DNA of 64,000 bases from an uncultured bacterium (GCA_963805015.1 CAWDSL010000030.1:6258-70257); one strand, 5' to 3'; positions 43,150-53,382 are shown, counted from the stretch's first letter. Notes: generated from the letters alone by a model not told the origin. A program made the numbers and translations.

Positions 43150-44529
43150 ATGAAGGTCCGCGTCCCGCACACCTACGTCCTGCTCGTCGGGCTCATCGCC
43201 CTGGCCGCGGTCTCGACCTGGATCATCCCGGCCGGAAGCTACGACCGCGTCATCGCCAACGGGCGGGAGGTCGTCGATCCCCTGTCCTTTCATTTCGTCG
43301 AGGCCCGTCCGGCCGGGCCCGGCGCGTTCATCCTGGCCTTCCCGCGGGGCCTGCGGGAGATCGCCGAGATCGTCTTCTACATCTTCATCATCGGCGGCGC
43401 GTTCGGCGTCCTCGACCGGACCGGCGTCATCCGGTCCGGCGTCCGGGGGCTGGTGAGGCGACTGGGGCGGAACAAGGCCCTCATCGTGCCCTTGCTCACC
43501 ATCGTCTTCGCCGTCGGCGGCGGCACGATCGGCATCGCCGAGGAGACGCTCGTCTTCCTGCCGGCGCTCCTGCTCCTGGCCCGTTCGCTCGGCTACGATT
43601 CGCTCGTCGCGGGCGGCGTCGCCCTCGTCGGGGCCAATGCCGGATTCGCCGGGGCCTTCATGAACCCGTTCACCGTGGGCGTCGCCCAAGGCATCGTCGG
43701 CCTGCCGCTCTTCTCGGGCCTGGGCTTCCGGCTGGGGCTCTGGACGGTGATGACGGCCGTCACGGTCGTCTTCCTGACCCGCTACGCCAAACGCGTGGCG
43801 GCCAAGCCCCGGACGAGCCTCGTGTACGAGCTCGACCGGGCCCGCGAGCCGGAGGCCGATGCGGAAAGACCCGAACCGTTCGCCCGCAAGCACCTGGCCG
43901 TGCTCGGCCTGGTCGTCGCCGCCCTCGTCCTGCTCGTGGTCGGCGCCCTTCGCTGGCGGTGGGGCATCCTCGAGCTGTCGGGGCTTTTCTTCGGGCTGGC
44001 CGTCGCCGCCGGCCCGCTCGGCGGGCTGACCCTCGACGACACCGCCCGGGCCTTCGTCCGGGGCGCCGCGGACATCGCCTACGCCGCGCTCATCGTCGGG
44101 CTGGCCCGGGGAACGCTCGTCGTGCTGCGCGACGCCCGCGTCGTCGACACCATCACCCACGCCCTGGCCGCATCGCTCCGGGGCTTGCCGTCGTCGATGA
44201 GCGCCGTCGGCATCTACGCCGTCCAGAACCTGCTCCACTTCATCGTGCCGTCCGGCAGCGGCCAGGCCGCCGTCTCCATGCCGGTCCTCGCGCCGCTCGG
44301 CGACCTCGTCGGCGTGACGCGGCAGACCAATGTGCTCGCCTACCAGCTCGGCAACGGCCTGACCAACGTCTTCATCCCGACGCAGGGCTACTTCATGGCG
44401 GCGCTGGGCATCCTGCGCATCCCCTGGACGAAGTGGGTCCGCTGGCTCCTGCCGCTCCTCCTGATATGGCTGGCGATCGGGTGCGCCGCGGTCGTCCTGG
44501 CCAGCCTCGTCCGCCTCGGCCCGTTCTAG
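43150..44529 (+). CDS. yfcC: YfcC family basic amino acid / short-chain acid transporter
   Basis: PHTYVLL, IIPAGSYDR, GIAEET, NPFTVGVAQ, PSGSGQAAVSMPVLAPLGDLVG, YQLGNG. Confidence 0.9.
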   Translation: MKVRVPHTYVLLVGLIALAAVSTWIIPAGSYDRVIANGREVVDPLSFHFVEARPAGPGAFILAFPRGLREIAEIVFYIFIIGGAFGVLDRTGVIRSGVRGLVRRLGRNKALIVPLLTIVFAVGGGTIGIAEETLVFLPALLLLARSLGYDSLVAGGVALVGANAGFAGAFMNPFTVGVAQGIVGLPLFSGLGFRLGLWTVMTAVTVVFLTRYAKRVAAKPRTSLVYELDRAREPEADAERPEPFARKHLAVLGLVVAALVLLVVGALRWRWGILELSGLFFGLAVAAGPLGGLTLDDTARAFVRGAADIAYAALIVGLARGTLVVLRDARVVDTITHALAASLRGLPSSMSAVGIYAVQNLLHFIVPSGSGQAAVSMPVLAPLGDLVGVTRQTNVLAYQLGNGLTNVFIPTQGYFMAALGILRIPWTKWVRWLLPLLLIWLAIGCAAVVLASLVRLGPF

Positions 44530-44864
44530 CCCACACCGACGGCTTTTTTAAGAGATTTGACGACGAAGGCATTCAGGCTTTCGCCTTTGCTCAGGGCGCG
44601 AATGGCCAAAGCCCTGTGCATATCGGGATCGGTCCTGAGGACGAAGCGGCCGGAATAATCCCGATTGGTGGGCGGGGGGAGGGGCCGGCCGTCCTTTCGA
44701 TAGATCCCGATCCATTCCTCCAAGATGCGACAGAGCTCCCGGTAGACCTCCGCCTCGTCGGCGCCGTGACAACAGGCGTCGATCCAGCCGGGCACGGACC
44801 CGACATAGCACCCGTCTTCCTTTGACCAGAGCACCATCTTCAAGTAATTGTCGCTCGGCTTCAT
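44526..44864 (-). CDS. hicB: HicB-family antitoxin with RHH
   Basis: WSKEDGCYVGSVPG...CCHGADEAEV; YSGRFVLRTDPDMHRALAIRAL..GESLN. Confidence 0.9.
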   Translation of the reverse strand: MKPSDNYLKMVLWSKEDGCYVGSVPGWIDACCHGADEAEVYRELCRILEEWIGIYRKDGRPLPPPTNRDYSGRFVLRTDPDMHRALAIRALSKGESLNAFVVKSLKKAVGVG

Positions 44865-45055
44865 CGAGCCCCCTCCTTCAGTTTGTTCCTGACCAGCCGG
44901 ACCTGATAGGGCTTGGCGTCATCACCCGGGTGTCCCGAGACGGTCAGGGCGATCCCTTTGGGGTGGATGAGATTGCGGTGGCTGCCCTTGCCGCCCCGGT
45001 CGATGAAACCGGCCATTTCGAGCTCCTTGAGGAGTTCCCGGATCTTCTTAGGCAT
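44861..45055 (-). CDS. hicA: HicA-family mRNA interferase
   Basis: MPKKIRELLKELEMAGF..GGKGSHRNLIHPKG..TVSGHPGDDAKPYQ. Confidence 0.92.
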   Translation of the reverse strand: MPKKIRELLKELEMAGFIDRGGKGSHRNLIHPKGIALTVSGHPGDDAKPYQVRLVRNKLKEGAR

Positions 45056-45059
45056 AAAA

Positions 45060-45088
45060 ATGATACTAAAATGATACTATAATGTCAA
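45060..45088 (-). promoter_or_regulatory. sigma70 promoter of hicAB, probably leaderless, with a tandem AAATGATACTA repeat
   Basis: TTGACA-N17-TATCAT ends 4 nt before the hicA ATG; no SD. Confidence 0.75.
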
Positions 45089-45212
45089 TTCGCGCACTGT
45101 TCTCGGCCCTATCCCAAAGACGCTCCCCTTCCGGTTCTTTTCTCAGCAGGCGTAAAACGGGAGAGCAGGCAAGGGAACGGCGTTCTTCAGGTGCGGGAGG
45201 ACGGCCGTACCG

Positions 45213-46145
45213 TCAGCGGGGCAGGGCCGTTTCGAGGCGGGCGCGGGCGGCCGCTTCGTCCGGTTCGCCCAGGACGAGCGCGGCGCTCTTCCCCCGCAAG
45301 GCGAAGAGGAACCAGCGGCCGGCTTCGTTGCGGCCTTCGATGACGCCGCTTTCCTGCCGGACGTCCCGGAGGTAATAGCGGAACGAGGCCAGGACGGCGT
45401 CTTCGATAGAAGCGGCCGGGGGGATCGCCGCGAACTCGACGAGGACGAGCTTCGAGACGGAGGGCGCCGCGCCGTACTTCGCGGTGAAGGCCACCATGGC
45501 GCTTCCTCCGGCGCCGTCCCCGCCGAATCCCCAGGATTCGCCCTCGAGGAAGGGCGACTCGTTCGCCGCGGCGACCGCGCCCTTGATGAACCGCCCGCTC
45601 GCCGCGATCATCCCGTCGCGCGGCAGACGGCCCATACCTCTCGGCCGCACGGTGTCCGCCCCCGGGACCTTCCGTTCGACCGCCGCCGCGAATTCGCCGA
45701 TCTCCCGTTCCGTGCACTCCGGCGCCAGGATGTTGACCACGAACGCGCCTTTGACCAGGCTGGCCTGCCCGGGGCCTATCCAGTTGTCCGGCGCGATCCC
45801 CGGCCAGCCCGTTTCGCCGCCCTCGAGCTTGGTCGAATAGAGCCCGAAGGCGTCCTCGCCCGTGGCCGTCCGGTAGATCTCGAGGACGAGCTCCTTGTCT
45901 CGGCCCGCCGCTTTGAGCCTTGACACGGCGACCTCGAGGAAGCCGTAGGGGAGGACGATCTCGGCCCCGCCGTCGATGTAGCCGTAAAGACCCTCCCTGT
46001 TGAAGATCTCGACCTCGCCCGTCCGCGCCCAACCCGGGATCCCGTCCGCGGCCCGCGCGATCGAAGCCGCGTCCGGCCTTTCTCCCGCGCAGCTCGTTGT
46101 CCATATCATCGCTAGTGCCAATGCGAGCGTCATTTTCGATCTCAT
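45213..46145 (-). CDS. DUF6599-like lipoprotein
   Basis: Lipobox TTSC; FNREGLYGYIDGGAEIVLPYGF, LEIY......DAFGLYS, KGAFVVNI. Confidence 0.7.
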   Translation of the reverse strand: MRSKMTLALALAMIWTTSCAGERPDAASIARAADGIPGWARTGEVEIFNREGLYGYIDGGAEIVLPYGFLEVAVSRLKAAGRDKELVLEIYRTATGEDAFGLYSTKLEGGETGWPGIAPDNWIGPGQASLVKGAFVVNILAPECTEREIGEFAAAVERKVPGADTVRPRGMGRLPRDGMIAASGRFIKGAVAAANESPFLEGESWGFGGDGAGGSAMVAFTAKYGAAPSVSKLVLVEFAAIPPAASIEDAVLASFRYYLRDVRQESGVIEGRNEAGRWFLFALRGKSAALVLGEPDEAAARARLETALPR

Positions 46146-46285
46146 CAGCGCTCCTTGCACGGGAGTATATTTCGGTTCCTCGCCGGTAAGCAAGAAACCG
46201 GTTCATGAGAGAGTCCAGGTCCCCGGACCGTCCTTTGGATTAGGGGATCGGATCCGAGAGAATGAAATCCCTTGCCGGCCAGGGA

Positions 46286-46314
46286 TTGACAGAATGAGCA
46301 GATATAAATACAAT
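46286..46314 (+). promoter_or_regulatory. sigma70 promoter of brnTA
   Basis: TTGACA-N17-TACAAT. Confidence 0.75.
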
Positions 46315-46324
46315 GTAAATAACC

Positions 46325-46617
46325 ATGGACTTGACTTCGAATGGGATGGGCGTAAGAGCTCTCGGAATTTCCGGAAGCATGGGCTGGCTTTTGAAGAAGC
46401 GAGGAGCGTGTTTTATGACGAGAACGCCCTGCTCATCCACGATCCCGACCATTCCGAGGTCGAAGACCATTTCGTGTTGTTGGGGCTAAGCGGCCAGCTT
46501 GGCGTCCTGGCCGTTTGCCATGCTTATAGGCGGGGCGGTCGGAGCATAAGGATCATTTCGGCGAGAAGAGCCTCTAGGCCGGAACAACATCAGTATTGGC
46601 GGGGGCGATCGGAATGA
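46325..46617 (+). pseudogene. brnT: BrnT-family toxin; natural ATG (46325) is out of frame because of a 5-bp tandem duplication GACTT-GACTT
   Basis: DFEWDGRKSSRNFRKHGLAFEEARSVF.D...HSEVEDHFVLLG...IRIISARRA; removing one GACTT gives MDFEWD. Confidence 0.75.
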
Positions 46618-46859
46618 GAAAGAACTATGATTTCTCCAAGGCCGTCAAGAATCCCTACTCTCATATGCTCAAGAGGCCGATCACGATCCGGCTCGATGAA
46701 GAGACGATCGGCTATTTCAAAAGAATGGCGAAGAACGCCGGAGTGCCCTACCAAACCCTCATCAACCTATACTTGAGGGACTGCGCCGCGTCGGGCCGGA
46801 AGCTGCGTATCCATTGGGATGATCCGGCCGAGCCCCTTTCGGCGTCCCGAGGCACCTAA
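46614..46859 (+). CDS. brnA: BrnA-family antitoxin (CopG-like)
   Basis: MRKNYDFSKAVKNPY...KRPITIRLD..TIGYFK.MA...GVPYQTLINLYLRDC; ATGA overlap with brnT. Confidence 0.9.
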   Translation: MRKNYDFSKAVKNPYSHMLKRPITIRLDEETIGYFKRMAKNAGVPYQTLINLYLRDCAASGRKLRIHWDDPAEPLSASRGT

Positions 46860-46867
46860 GGGACCGA

Positions 46868-48754
46868 TCACCGTTCGATCGCGCCGATGTCGCCGGCCGT
46901 GCCGTTCGGCCGCGCCGCCTTCACCTGGTCTTGGCTTTCCCTCCAAAAGGTGTCCGAGGTCCGGGTGACCGTGATGACGCAATGGTCACCGACGGGTCCG
47001 CTCGCGAACGTCCCCCAAAAGTCGTCGCCCAGGACGACCTGCCCCAGCCGGTCGCCGATGGCGGTGTCGAGGTTCCGCCAGAAGGCGATCCAGGCGGCGT
47101 TCTGCGCGTTGGTCGGCCAGGTGACCGCCGGGCCGTACCAGGTCGTCCCGGTCAGGTCGCCGAACTCCGATCCGAATTCGGCCCCCAGGATGGTCCCGTA
47201 CTGGGACCGGCACTTCAGGATGACGTGGTTCAGGAAATCGTCGGTCGTCTGCCCGAAGCCGCTGTAGCCGGCGTTGACGTAGGTGAGGGAGTAGCTCTGG
47301 GCCGCGATCTTGTCGACGGCCAGGTCGGCCGGGGGATACCACAGGACGGCCGGCCCGCCGGCGTCCGTCCCGGCCGAGAGCGCCGTGGCGTGGAACTGCG
47401 CCGCGCCCACGTCGAGCGCCTGCTCGAGGGTCGCGCCGTCCGCATCGCCGGCCTTGGGCCAGCGCTTCCGGCTGGACATCATCCAGTCGGGCACGGGCAC
47501 CAGGATCTGGCTGAAGTTGAGCTTGCCGACGAGGTTGTAGCCCCCGCTGTTGAAGAACAGGATGGACCCGGCGAACCAGTCCTCGGGCTCGCCGTTGAGC
47601 GTGTTGCCGACGACGATCGAGTTCTGGACCGTGACATATTCCACGGTGTGGGCGTTGCCGATGGTCGCCGAGACGCCCCCGGCCATGTTCGGCTTGCCGC
47701 TGAAGACGGCCGCCTGCCCCGTCGTGGCGTTCTCGGCGATGGTGCAGGCCGTGACGTTGAGCGAGCCGCCGCCCATGTAGATCCCGGAGCCCCGGTAATA
47801 GAACTGGCCGGCGTTCGCGATATCCGGATTGTCCTCGACGACGTTGCGGGCGATCGTGCAGTTGGTCAGGTACATCGTGGCCAGGTTGTTCGGCCCGCCG
47901 CTCAGGGTGAAGATGCCGCCGCCGTAGGCGTGCTGGGCCGTCACCCGGTTGCCGCTGACCGTGCACCGCGTCAGGGCGGTGTCGTTGCCCCGGCCGTAGC
48001 CGTTGTCGGCCCCGCCGACCGAATAGATGCCGCCGCCCGCCGCCCCGGACCCGAGGGCCCGGTTGCCGCTGACGACGGTGTCCTCGAGGTCGAGCCCGTT
48101 GGAGTAGATGCCGCCGCCGTAGGTGCCGCGGTCGCGGCTGGAGGCGGTATCGCCGACGCAGGTGTTGCCGGTGACGACGCAGTCGCGCAGCCGGGCCATG
48201 CCCCAGACGGCCAGGCCGCCGCCCCGGGCCAGCGTGTAGGGCTGGGTCCCCCCGGAGATGGCCTCCGCCAGCGAATAGCCGTCGGCGATGGTCACGTTGG
48301 TCATGGTCAGGTTGCCGTACACGGCCATCACCCGGGCATGGCTCGCGTCGCCGCCGCCCCAGCGGACCGTGATCCCGTTCGGCAGGCCGGAGGCGTCGAT
48401 GACCACGGTCTTGCGGGCGTAGAGGGCCGACTTGCCGTAATCCCGGTCGCTGTAGCCCGAATAGACGTTGGCGACGTAGACCTCGCCCGGCAGGACCGAG
48501 TGCTCCTCGCCGACGGTCGTCAGCACGATCGTCCCGCCGTCGAGCGACCCGTCGAACGAGATGACCTCGCCCGCCCCGGCCGCCTCGAGGGCCGATCTCA
48601 GGGTGATCGTCCCGGCCGCCGGGGAAGCGATGTCGTCGAGCGAGTTGACGATGAGGTCCGGGTCGGGCTCGTTATCGTCCTTCGTGGCGCAGCCGCCGGC
48701 GACGAGCGCCAGGGCCAGCGCCACGATCCAAAGCGAACGGGGAATGTGGGTCAT
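46868..48754 (-). CDS. Surface lipoprotein with right-handed beta-helix (pectin-lyase / Pmp-like) repeats
   Basis: Lipobox VAGGC; ITLRSAL (CSLREA-like); repeated GGGI/GGGL..N..SGN motifs; ends GDIGAIE. Confidence 0.75.
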   Translation of the reverse strand: MTHIPRSLWIVALALALVAGGCATKDDNEPDPDLIVNSLDDIASPAAGTITLRSALEAAGAGEVISFDGSLDGGTIVLTTVGEEHSVLPGEVYVANVYSGYSDRDYGKSALYARKTVVIDASGLPNGITVRWGGGDASHARVMAVYGNLTMTNVTIADGYSLAEAISGGTQPYTLARGGGLAVWGMARLRDCVVTGNTCVGDTASSRDRGTYGGGIYSNGLDLEDTVVSGNRALGSGAAGGGIYSVGGADNGYGRGNDTALTRCTVSGNRVTAQHAYGGGIFTLSGGPNNLATMYLTNCTIARNVVEDNPDIANAGQFYYRGSGIYMGGGSLNVTACTIAENATTGQAAVFSGKPNMAGGVSATIGNAHTVEYVTVQNSIVVGNTLNGEPEDWFAGSILFFNSGGYNLVGKLNFSQILVPVPDWMMSSRKRWPKAGDADGATLEQALDVGAAQFHATALSAGTDAGGPAVLWYPPADLAVDKIAAQSYSLTYVNAGYSGFGQTTDDFLNHVILKCRSQYGTILGAEFGSEFGDLTGTTWYGPAVTWPTNAQNAAWIAFWRNLDTAIGDRLGQVVLGDDFWGTFASGPVGDHCVITVTRTSDTFWRESQDQVKAARPNGTAGDIGAIER

Positions 48755-48917
48755 GGCCGCGTCTCCTTATCAACCTTGGCTCCAGTATAGGCCCCGGGCG
48801 CGCCCAATTCAAATGGCCCCGCTCCTCTCCCGCCTTGACAGGATCTTGACACTTTCTTCACGCCGGGTTGACACCTCCGCTCCGGCCGCCCATTATGATG
48901 GAGGCGAGGGAAGGGCG

Positions 48918-50495
48918 ATGAGAGAATCCGTCAAACTAGCCTGGGTCGCGGCCGCCGCCCTCTTGGCGGCCTCCTGCACGTTCTATCACGTCAAGAGCAT
49001 GGACCCCAAGGTCCTGGCCGGCAAGGGTCCCAAGGGGCAGATCGTTTCCGTGCGGACGGCCTACGAGTCGTACGAATTCCCGGCCGAGGACCCCGCCGTC
49101 GTCCGCGACGGGGCCGTTCTGGGCAACGTCCATTTGACCTATACGGTCGATCCCTTCGACATCGCCGACATCTCGCCCGGCCAGCCCGGGCCCAACGTCG
49201 TGCTCAAGGACGGGACCCGGTTCCGGGCCCCGGACAGTCGCCCCGATGGAGAGGTTATCGTCTGTGAAGCGCTTCGGACGGTCTGCATACCGGCCGACGA
49301 GGTCGTCCGGATCGGCGTCCGCCGGGTCGACGGGCTGGCCTCGGTCCTGGGCTCGATCGCGGGAGCGGCCCTTTTCGTGGCCGCCCTGGCCGTCGATCCC
49401 GATGGGGAGTCCTGGGCGGACGACGACGATCTCGGGGCCTTAGACGCGGGATACGCCGCGCTGGACTTCTTCGGCACGCTCCTCGAAGAGGCCGGCGACA
49501 CCGTCGAGACGGCGCGCCGGCGGTGTGCCAATCGGGCCCTCTACGGGTTGAAGGACGACTGGGATCCGGCCGGCGAGACGGAATACTGGACGATCGATTG
49601 GGCCCCCGTCGACGCCCGGCCCGGTCCGGACGGCAGGCTCGCCGTCGAGTTGGGTAACGCCTCGGGCGTGCCGCGGGAGATCGAAGAAGCCCGCCTGGTC
49701 GTCATCGACCATCCGCCCGGCGTCCGCGTCGCGCCGGACCCTTACGACGAGATCCGGGGCTACGCGGCGCCGGTCCCCCCCGATTCCGCCGTCGACGGAG
49801 CGGGGGCGGACATCCTCGACCCGGTCGCCGCCCCGGACGGTGTTCTCTGGCGGTCGACCGCGGGAGAGGCGTCACCGGGCAAGCCCGCCGCGGCCCGGGA
49901 CGAGCTCTGCTTCTCGTTCCCCCGGGCCAAGGGGGCGCGCCGGGCCAAGCTCGTCGTCAGCGCCGCCAACTCCGCCTGGCCGGCGGAGTTCGCCCGCGAG
50001 GCCGGCGCCCTGTCACTGACGGGCTCCTTTCTCAATTGGGAATTCGGCAAGCTCCGCGTCCGCCTCCTGACCGTCCTCGGCTGGCAGACGGCCCAGGCGC
50101 TCATCGCCGGCGGGCCGCTGGCGCCGGGCGACCGGATCTACGACCTCGACCTGGGAGACGTCGGCACCGACAAGGTCTGGATCAAGCTGACGTCGCCCGC
50201 CGGGTACTGGCTCTTCGACCGGCTGGCCTTGGACTTCGGGGAGGAGCCGCCCGTCGAAGCGTTCGAGATCGCGGCGGAAGCGGTGGACGGACCGGACGGG
50301 GCGGAAGTCCTCGCGGCCCTCGAGGCAGAGGACGGGACCACGCTGCGCCTCGACGCCAGGGGCGCGCCGGCCCTGCTGACCTTCATCCTGCCGCCGCCCA
50401 AGGAGGGCCTGGAGCGGTCCTTCTTCCTCCGGACCTTCAGCTGCTACGAGATGCCCCCACTCGGGGAGGCCCGGCCGCCCGCCTCGCGGCGCTGA
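48918..50495 (+). CDS. Hypothetical lipoprotein with internal TM-like segment
   Basis: Lipobox LAASC; 525-aa clean ORF; no family recognised with confidence. Confidence 0.65.
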   Translation: MRESVKLAWVAAAALLAASCTFYHVKSMDPKVLAGKGPKGQIVSVRTAYESYEFPAEDPAVVRDGAVLGNVHLTYTVDPFDIADISPGQPGPNVVLKDGTRFRAPDSRPDGEVIVCEALRTVCIPADEVVRIGVRRVDGLASVLGSIAGAALFVAALAVDPDGESWADDDDLGALDAGYAALDFFGTLLEEAGDTVETARRRCANRALYGLKDDWDPAGETEYWTIDWAPVDARPGPDGRLAVELGNASGVPREIEEARLVVIDHPPGVRVAPDPYDEIRGYAAPVPPDSAVDGAGADILDPVAAPDGVLWRSTAGEASPGKPAAARDELCFSFPRAKGARRAKLVVSAANSAWPAEFAREAGALSLTGSFLNWEFGKLRVRLLTVLGWQTAQALIAGGPLAPGDRIYDLDLGDVGTDKVWIKLTSPAGYWLFDRLALDFGEEPPVEAFEIAAEAVDGPDGAEVLAALEAEDGTTLRLDARGAPALLTFILPPPKEGLERSFFLRTFSCYEMPPLGEARPPASRR

Positions 50496-50541
50496 GCCCC
50501 TCGGATACCCATAATTTCCGGAATCCTCTATGATAGAAGGG

Positions 50542-53382
50542 ATGAAAAACCCGCGTAAAACCCTCCTCGTCGTTTTTTCCGCCGTCTTCTCCCTGGTCCT
50601 GGCCGCCGGCCCCCTCGCCGCCCAAGCGCCCGCCCCGGCCGCGACCTATTCCCTCGACCAGAAGATCCCGGTCGACCCGAGGATCACGGTCGGCGCGCTC
50701 CCGAACGGCCTCCGCTATTGGATCCGCGAGAACCGCGAGCCCAAGAACCGGGCCGAGCTGCGCCTGGTCGTCAACGCCGGCTCGGTCCTCGAGGACGAGG
50801 ACCAGCGCGGCCTGGCCCATGTCGTCGAGCACCTGGCCTTCAACGGCTCGGCCCACTTCCCCCAGCAGAAGCTGGTCGAGTTCATGGAGTCGATCGGCAT
50901 GCGCTTCGGCTCCGACCTCAACGCCTTCACCAGCTTCGACGAGACGATCTACATGCTCAAGGTCCCGACGGACTCGCCGGAGATCATGCGCAACGCCTTC
51001 CTCGTCCTCGAGGACTGGGCCCACGGCCTGACCTTCGACCCCAAGGCCATCGACAAGGAGCGCGGCATCATCGTCGAGGAGTGGCGCCTCGGCCAGGGCG
51101 CCGAGGCCCGCATGCGGGACGCCCAGATCCCGGTCCTGCTCAAGGGCTCGCGCTACGCCGAGCGCCTGCCCGACGGCAAGAAGGAGGTCATCGAGACCTT
51201 CGCCTACGACACCCTCAAGCGCTATTACCGGACCTGGTACCGGCCGGACCTGATGGCGGTCGTCGCCGTCGGCGATTTCGACAAGGCCAAGATCGAGGCA
51301 TTCATCAAGAAGCACTTCGGCCCGCTGGCCGTCCCGCCCGACGCCAAGCCCCGGCCGACCTATCCCATCCCCGACCACGACGAGACGCTCTTCTCCATAG
51401 CCGCCGACAAGGAGGCCTCGCAGAGCGTGGTGGCCGTCTACCACAAGCTGCCGCTCGCGGACCAGGACACCGTCGGGGCCTACCGCCGGATGCTCGTCGA
51501 GCGCCTGTTCAACGACATGCTCAACGAGCGCCTGGCCGAGATCGCCCAGAAGCCCGACCCGCCCTTCCTCGGGGCCGTCTCGAGCCGGGGGCGCTTCGTC
51601 GGCACAAAGGACGTCTACGTCCTGTCGGCCCTCGTCGGCGAGGGCGGCATCGCCCGCGGCCTCCGGGCCCTCTACACGGAAGGGGAGCGGGTGGCCCGCT
51701 TCGGCTTCACCGCGACCGAGCTCGAACGCCGCAAGAGCGAGGCCATGCGCTACTTCGAGCGGGCCGTGACCGAGAAGGAGACCGAGGACTCCAGCGCCTA
51801 CGCCGAGGAGTTCACCCGGGCCTACCTCGAGGGCGAGCCGACGCCCGGCATCCAGTTCGAGTACGACCTCCACAAGCAGTACATGCCCGGCATCGCGCTC
51901 GACGAGGTGAACGCCCTGGCCAGGGAATGGATGACCGACCGCAACCGGGTCATCATGGCCAACCTGCCCGAGAAGCCGGGCGCCAAGATCCCCACCGCGG
52001 CGGAGCTCTCCGCCGTCCTCGAGGAGGTCAAGAGCGCCGAGGTCACCGCCTACGAGGACACGACGACCGACGCGCCGCTCCTCTCCGCGGCGCCCGAGCC
52101 GGGCACGGTCGTTTCCCGGCGCGCGATCGAGGCCATCGGGGCGACCGAGTGGACGCTCTCCAACGGCGCCCGCGTCGTCCTCAAGCCGACCACGTTCAAG
52201 GAGGACGAGATCCTCTTCCGGGCCCTGAGCGCCGGCGGCATCTCGCTCGCCGAGGACGCCAGTCTCGTCCCGGCCAACACGGCCGACCAGGTCGTGGCCG
52301 CGGGCGGGCTCGGAGAGTTCAGCGCCGTCAACCTCGAGAAAAAGCTGGCCGGCCAGGCCGTCCAGATCCGGCCGTCGATCGACGAGCTCGAGGAGGGCCT
52401 CGCGGGCAACGCCTCGCCCAAGGACGCCGAGACGCTCTTCCAGCTCATCCACCTGACCTTCACCGCGCCTCGTCCCGACCCCGTGGTCTTCGACGTCCTC
52501 AAGACCCAGCTCAAGACCTACCTGGAGAACCGCACCCAGAGCCCCGAGACCGTCTTCAGCGACACCCTGCGGACGACGATGCAGCGCGACCAGCCCCGCT
52601 TCCGGCCCATGACGGTCGACGAGATCCCCCAGATGAGCCTGGAGAAGTCGCTGGCCTTCTACCGCGACCGCTTCGCCGACGCGAGCGACTTCACGTTCTT
52701 CTTCGTCGGCAACCTGGACCTGGAGAAGATCGAGCCGCTCGTCTGTACTTATTTGGCTTCGCTCCCGTCGCTCCACCGCAAGGAAACGTGGCGCGACTGG
52801 CGCGTCGCCCCGCCCGAGGGCGTGGTGAAGAAGACCGTGGAGAAGGGCGTCGAGCCCAAGAGCCTGACGGCCATCGTCTTCTCCGGCCCGTTCGCGAACG
52901 ACCCCGGGAACCGCGTCCACATCCGGGCCGCCGCCCAGGTGCTGGAGACGCGCCTGCGCAAGCTCCTGCGCGAGAAGCTCAGCGGCACCTACGACGTCCG
53001 GGTCTCGCCGGGCTACAGCAAGATCCCCCGGGAGGAGTTCCGGATGTCGATCGACCTCGGCACCGACCCGGCCCGCATCGACGAGATGAGCGCGGCCATC
53101 TTCCGCGAGATCAAGTCGCTCCAGAAGAAGGGCCCGACCGCCAAGGAGGTCGAGGAGGTCCGGCTGGGCGAGTCGCGCGACTTCGAAACGAGCAGCCGCC
53201 AGAACGACTGGTGGCTGTCGCAGATCTCCGAGCGCTACCGGGTCGGCGAGGACCCGGCCGCGATCGTGCGCCTGCCCGAGTCGTTCGGCCTGCTGACGCC
53301 GGCCTCGGTCAAGGCCGCGGCCAAGCGCTACTTCGACACCAAGCGCTACGTCCAGGTGACGTTGTACCCGGAGAAGCGCTAG
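50542..53382 (+). CDS. M16 (insulinase / PqqL-like) zinc protease
   Basis: LPNGLRYWI, GSVLEDEDQRGLAHVVEHLAFNGS (HxxEH), NAFTSFDETIY, ERGIIVEE, WYRPDLM; second half LSNGARVVLK. Confidence 0.95.
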   Translation: MKNPRKTLLVVFSAVFSLVLAAGPLAAQAPAPAATYSLDQKIPVDPRITVGALPNGLRYWIRENREPKNRAELRLVVNAGSVLEDEDQRGLAHVVEHLAFNGSAHFPQQKLVEFMESIGMRFGSDLNAFTSFDETIYMLKVPTDSPEIMRNAFLVLEDWAHGLTFDPKAIDKERGIIVEEWRLGQGAEARMRDAQIPVLLKGSRYAERLPDGKKEVIETFAYDTLKRYYRTWYRPDLMAVVAVGDFDKAKIEAFIKKHFGPLAVPPDAKPRPTYPIPDHDETLFSIAADKEASQSVVAVYHKLPLADQDTVGAYRRMLVERLFNDMLNERLAEIAQKPDPPFLGAVSSRGRFVGTKDVYVLSALVGEGGIARGLRALYTEGERVARFGFTATELERRKSEAMRYFERAVTEKETEDSSAYAEEFTRAYLEGEPTPGIQFEYDLHKQYMPGIALDEVNALAREWMTDRNRVIMANLPEKPGAKIPTAAELSAVLEEVKSAEVTAYEDTTTDAPLLSAAPEPGTVVSRRAIEAIGATEWTLSNGARVVLKPTTFKEDEILFRALSAGGISLAEDASLVPANTADQVVAAGGLGEFSAVNLEKKLAGQAVQIRPSIDELEEGLAGNASPKDAETLFQLIHLTFTAPRPDPVVFDVLKTQLKTYLENRTQSPETVFSDTLRTTMQRDQPRFRPMTVDEIPQMSLEKSLAFYRDRFADASDFTFFFVGNLDLEKIEPLVCTYLASLPSLHRKETWRDWRVAPPEGVVKKTVEKGVEPKSLTAIVFSGPFANDPGNRVHIRAAAQVLETRLRKLLREKLSGTYDVRVSPGYSKIPREEFRMSIDLGTDPARIDEMSAAIFREIKSLQKKGPTAKEVEEVRLGESRDFETSSRQNDWWLSQISERYRVGEDPAAIVRLPESFGLLTPASVKAAAKRYFDTKRYVQVTLYPEKR

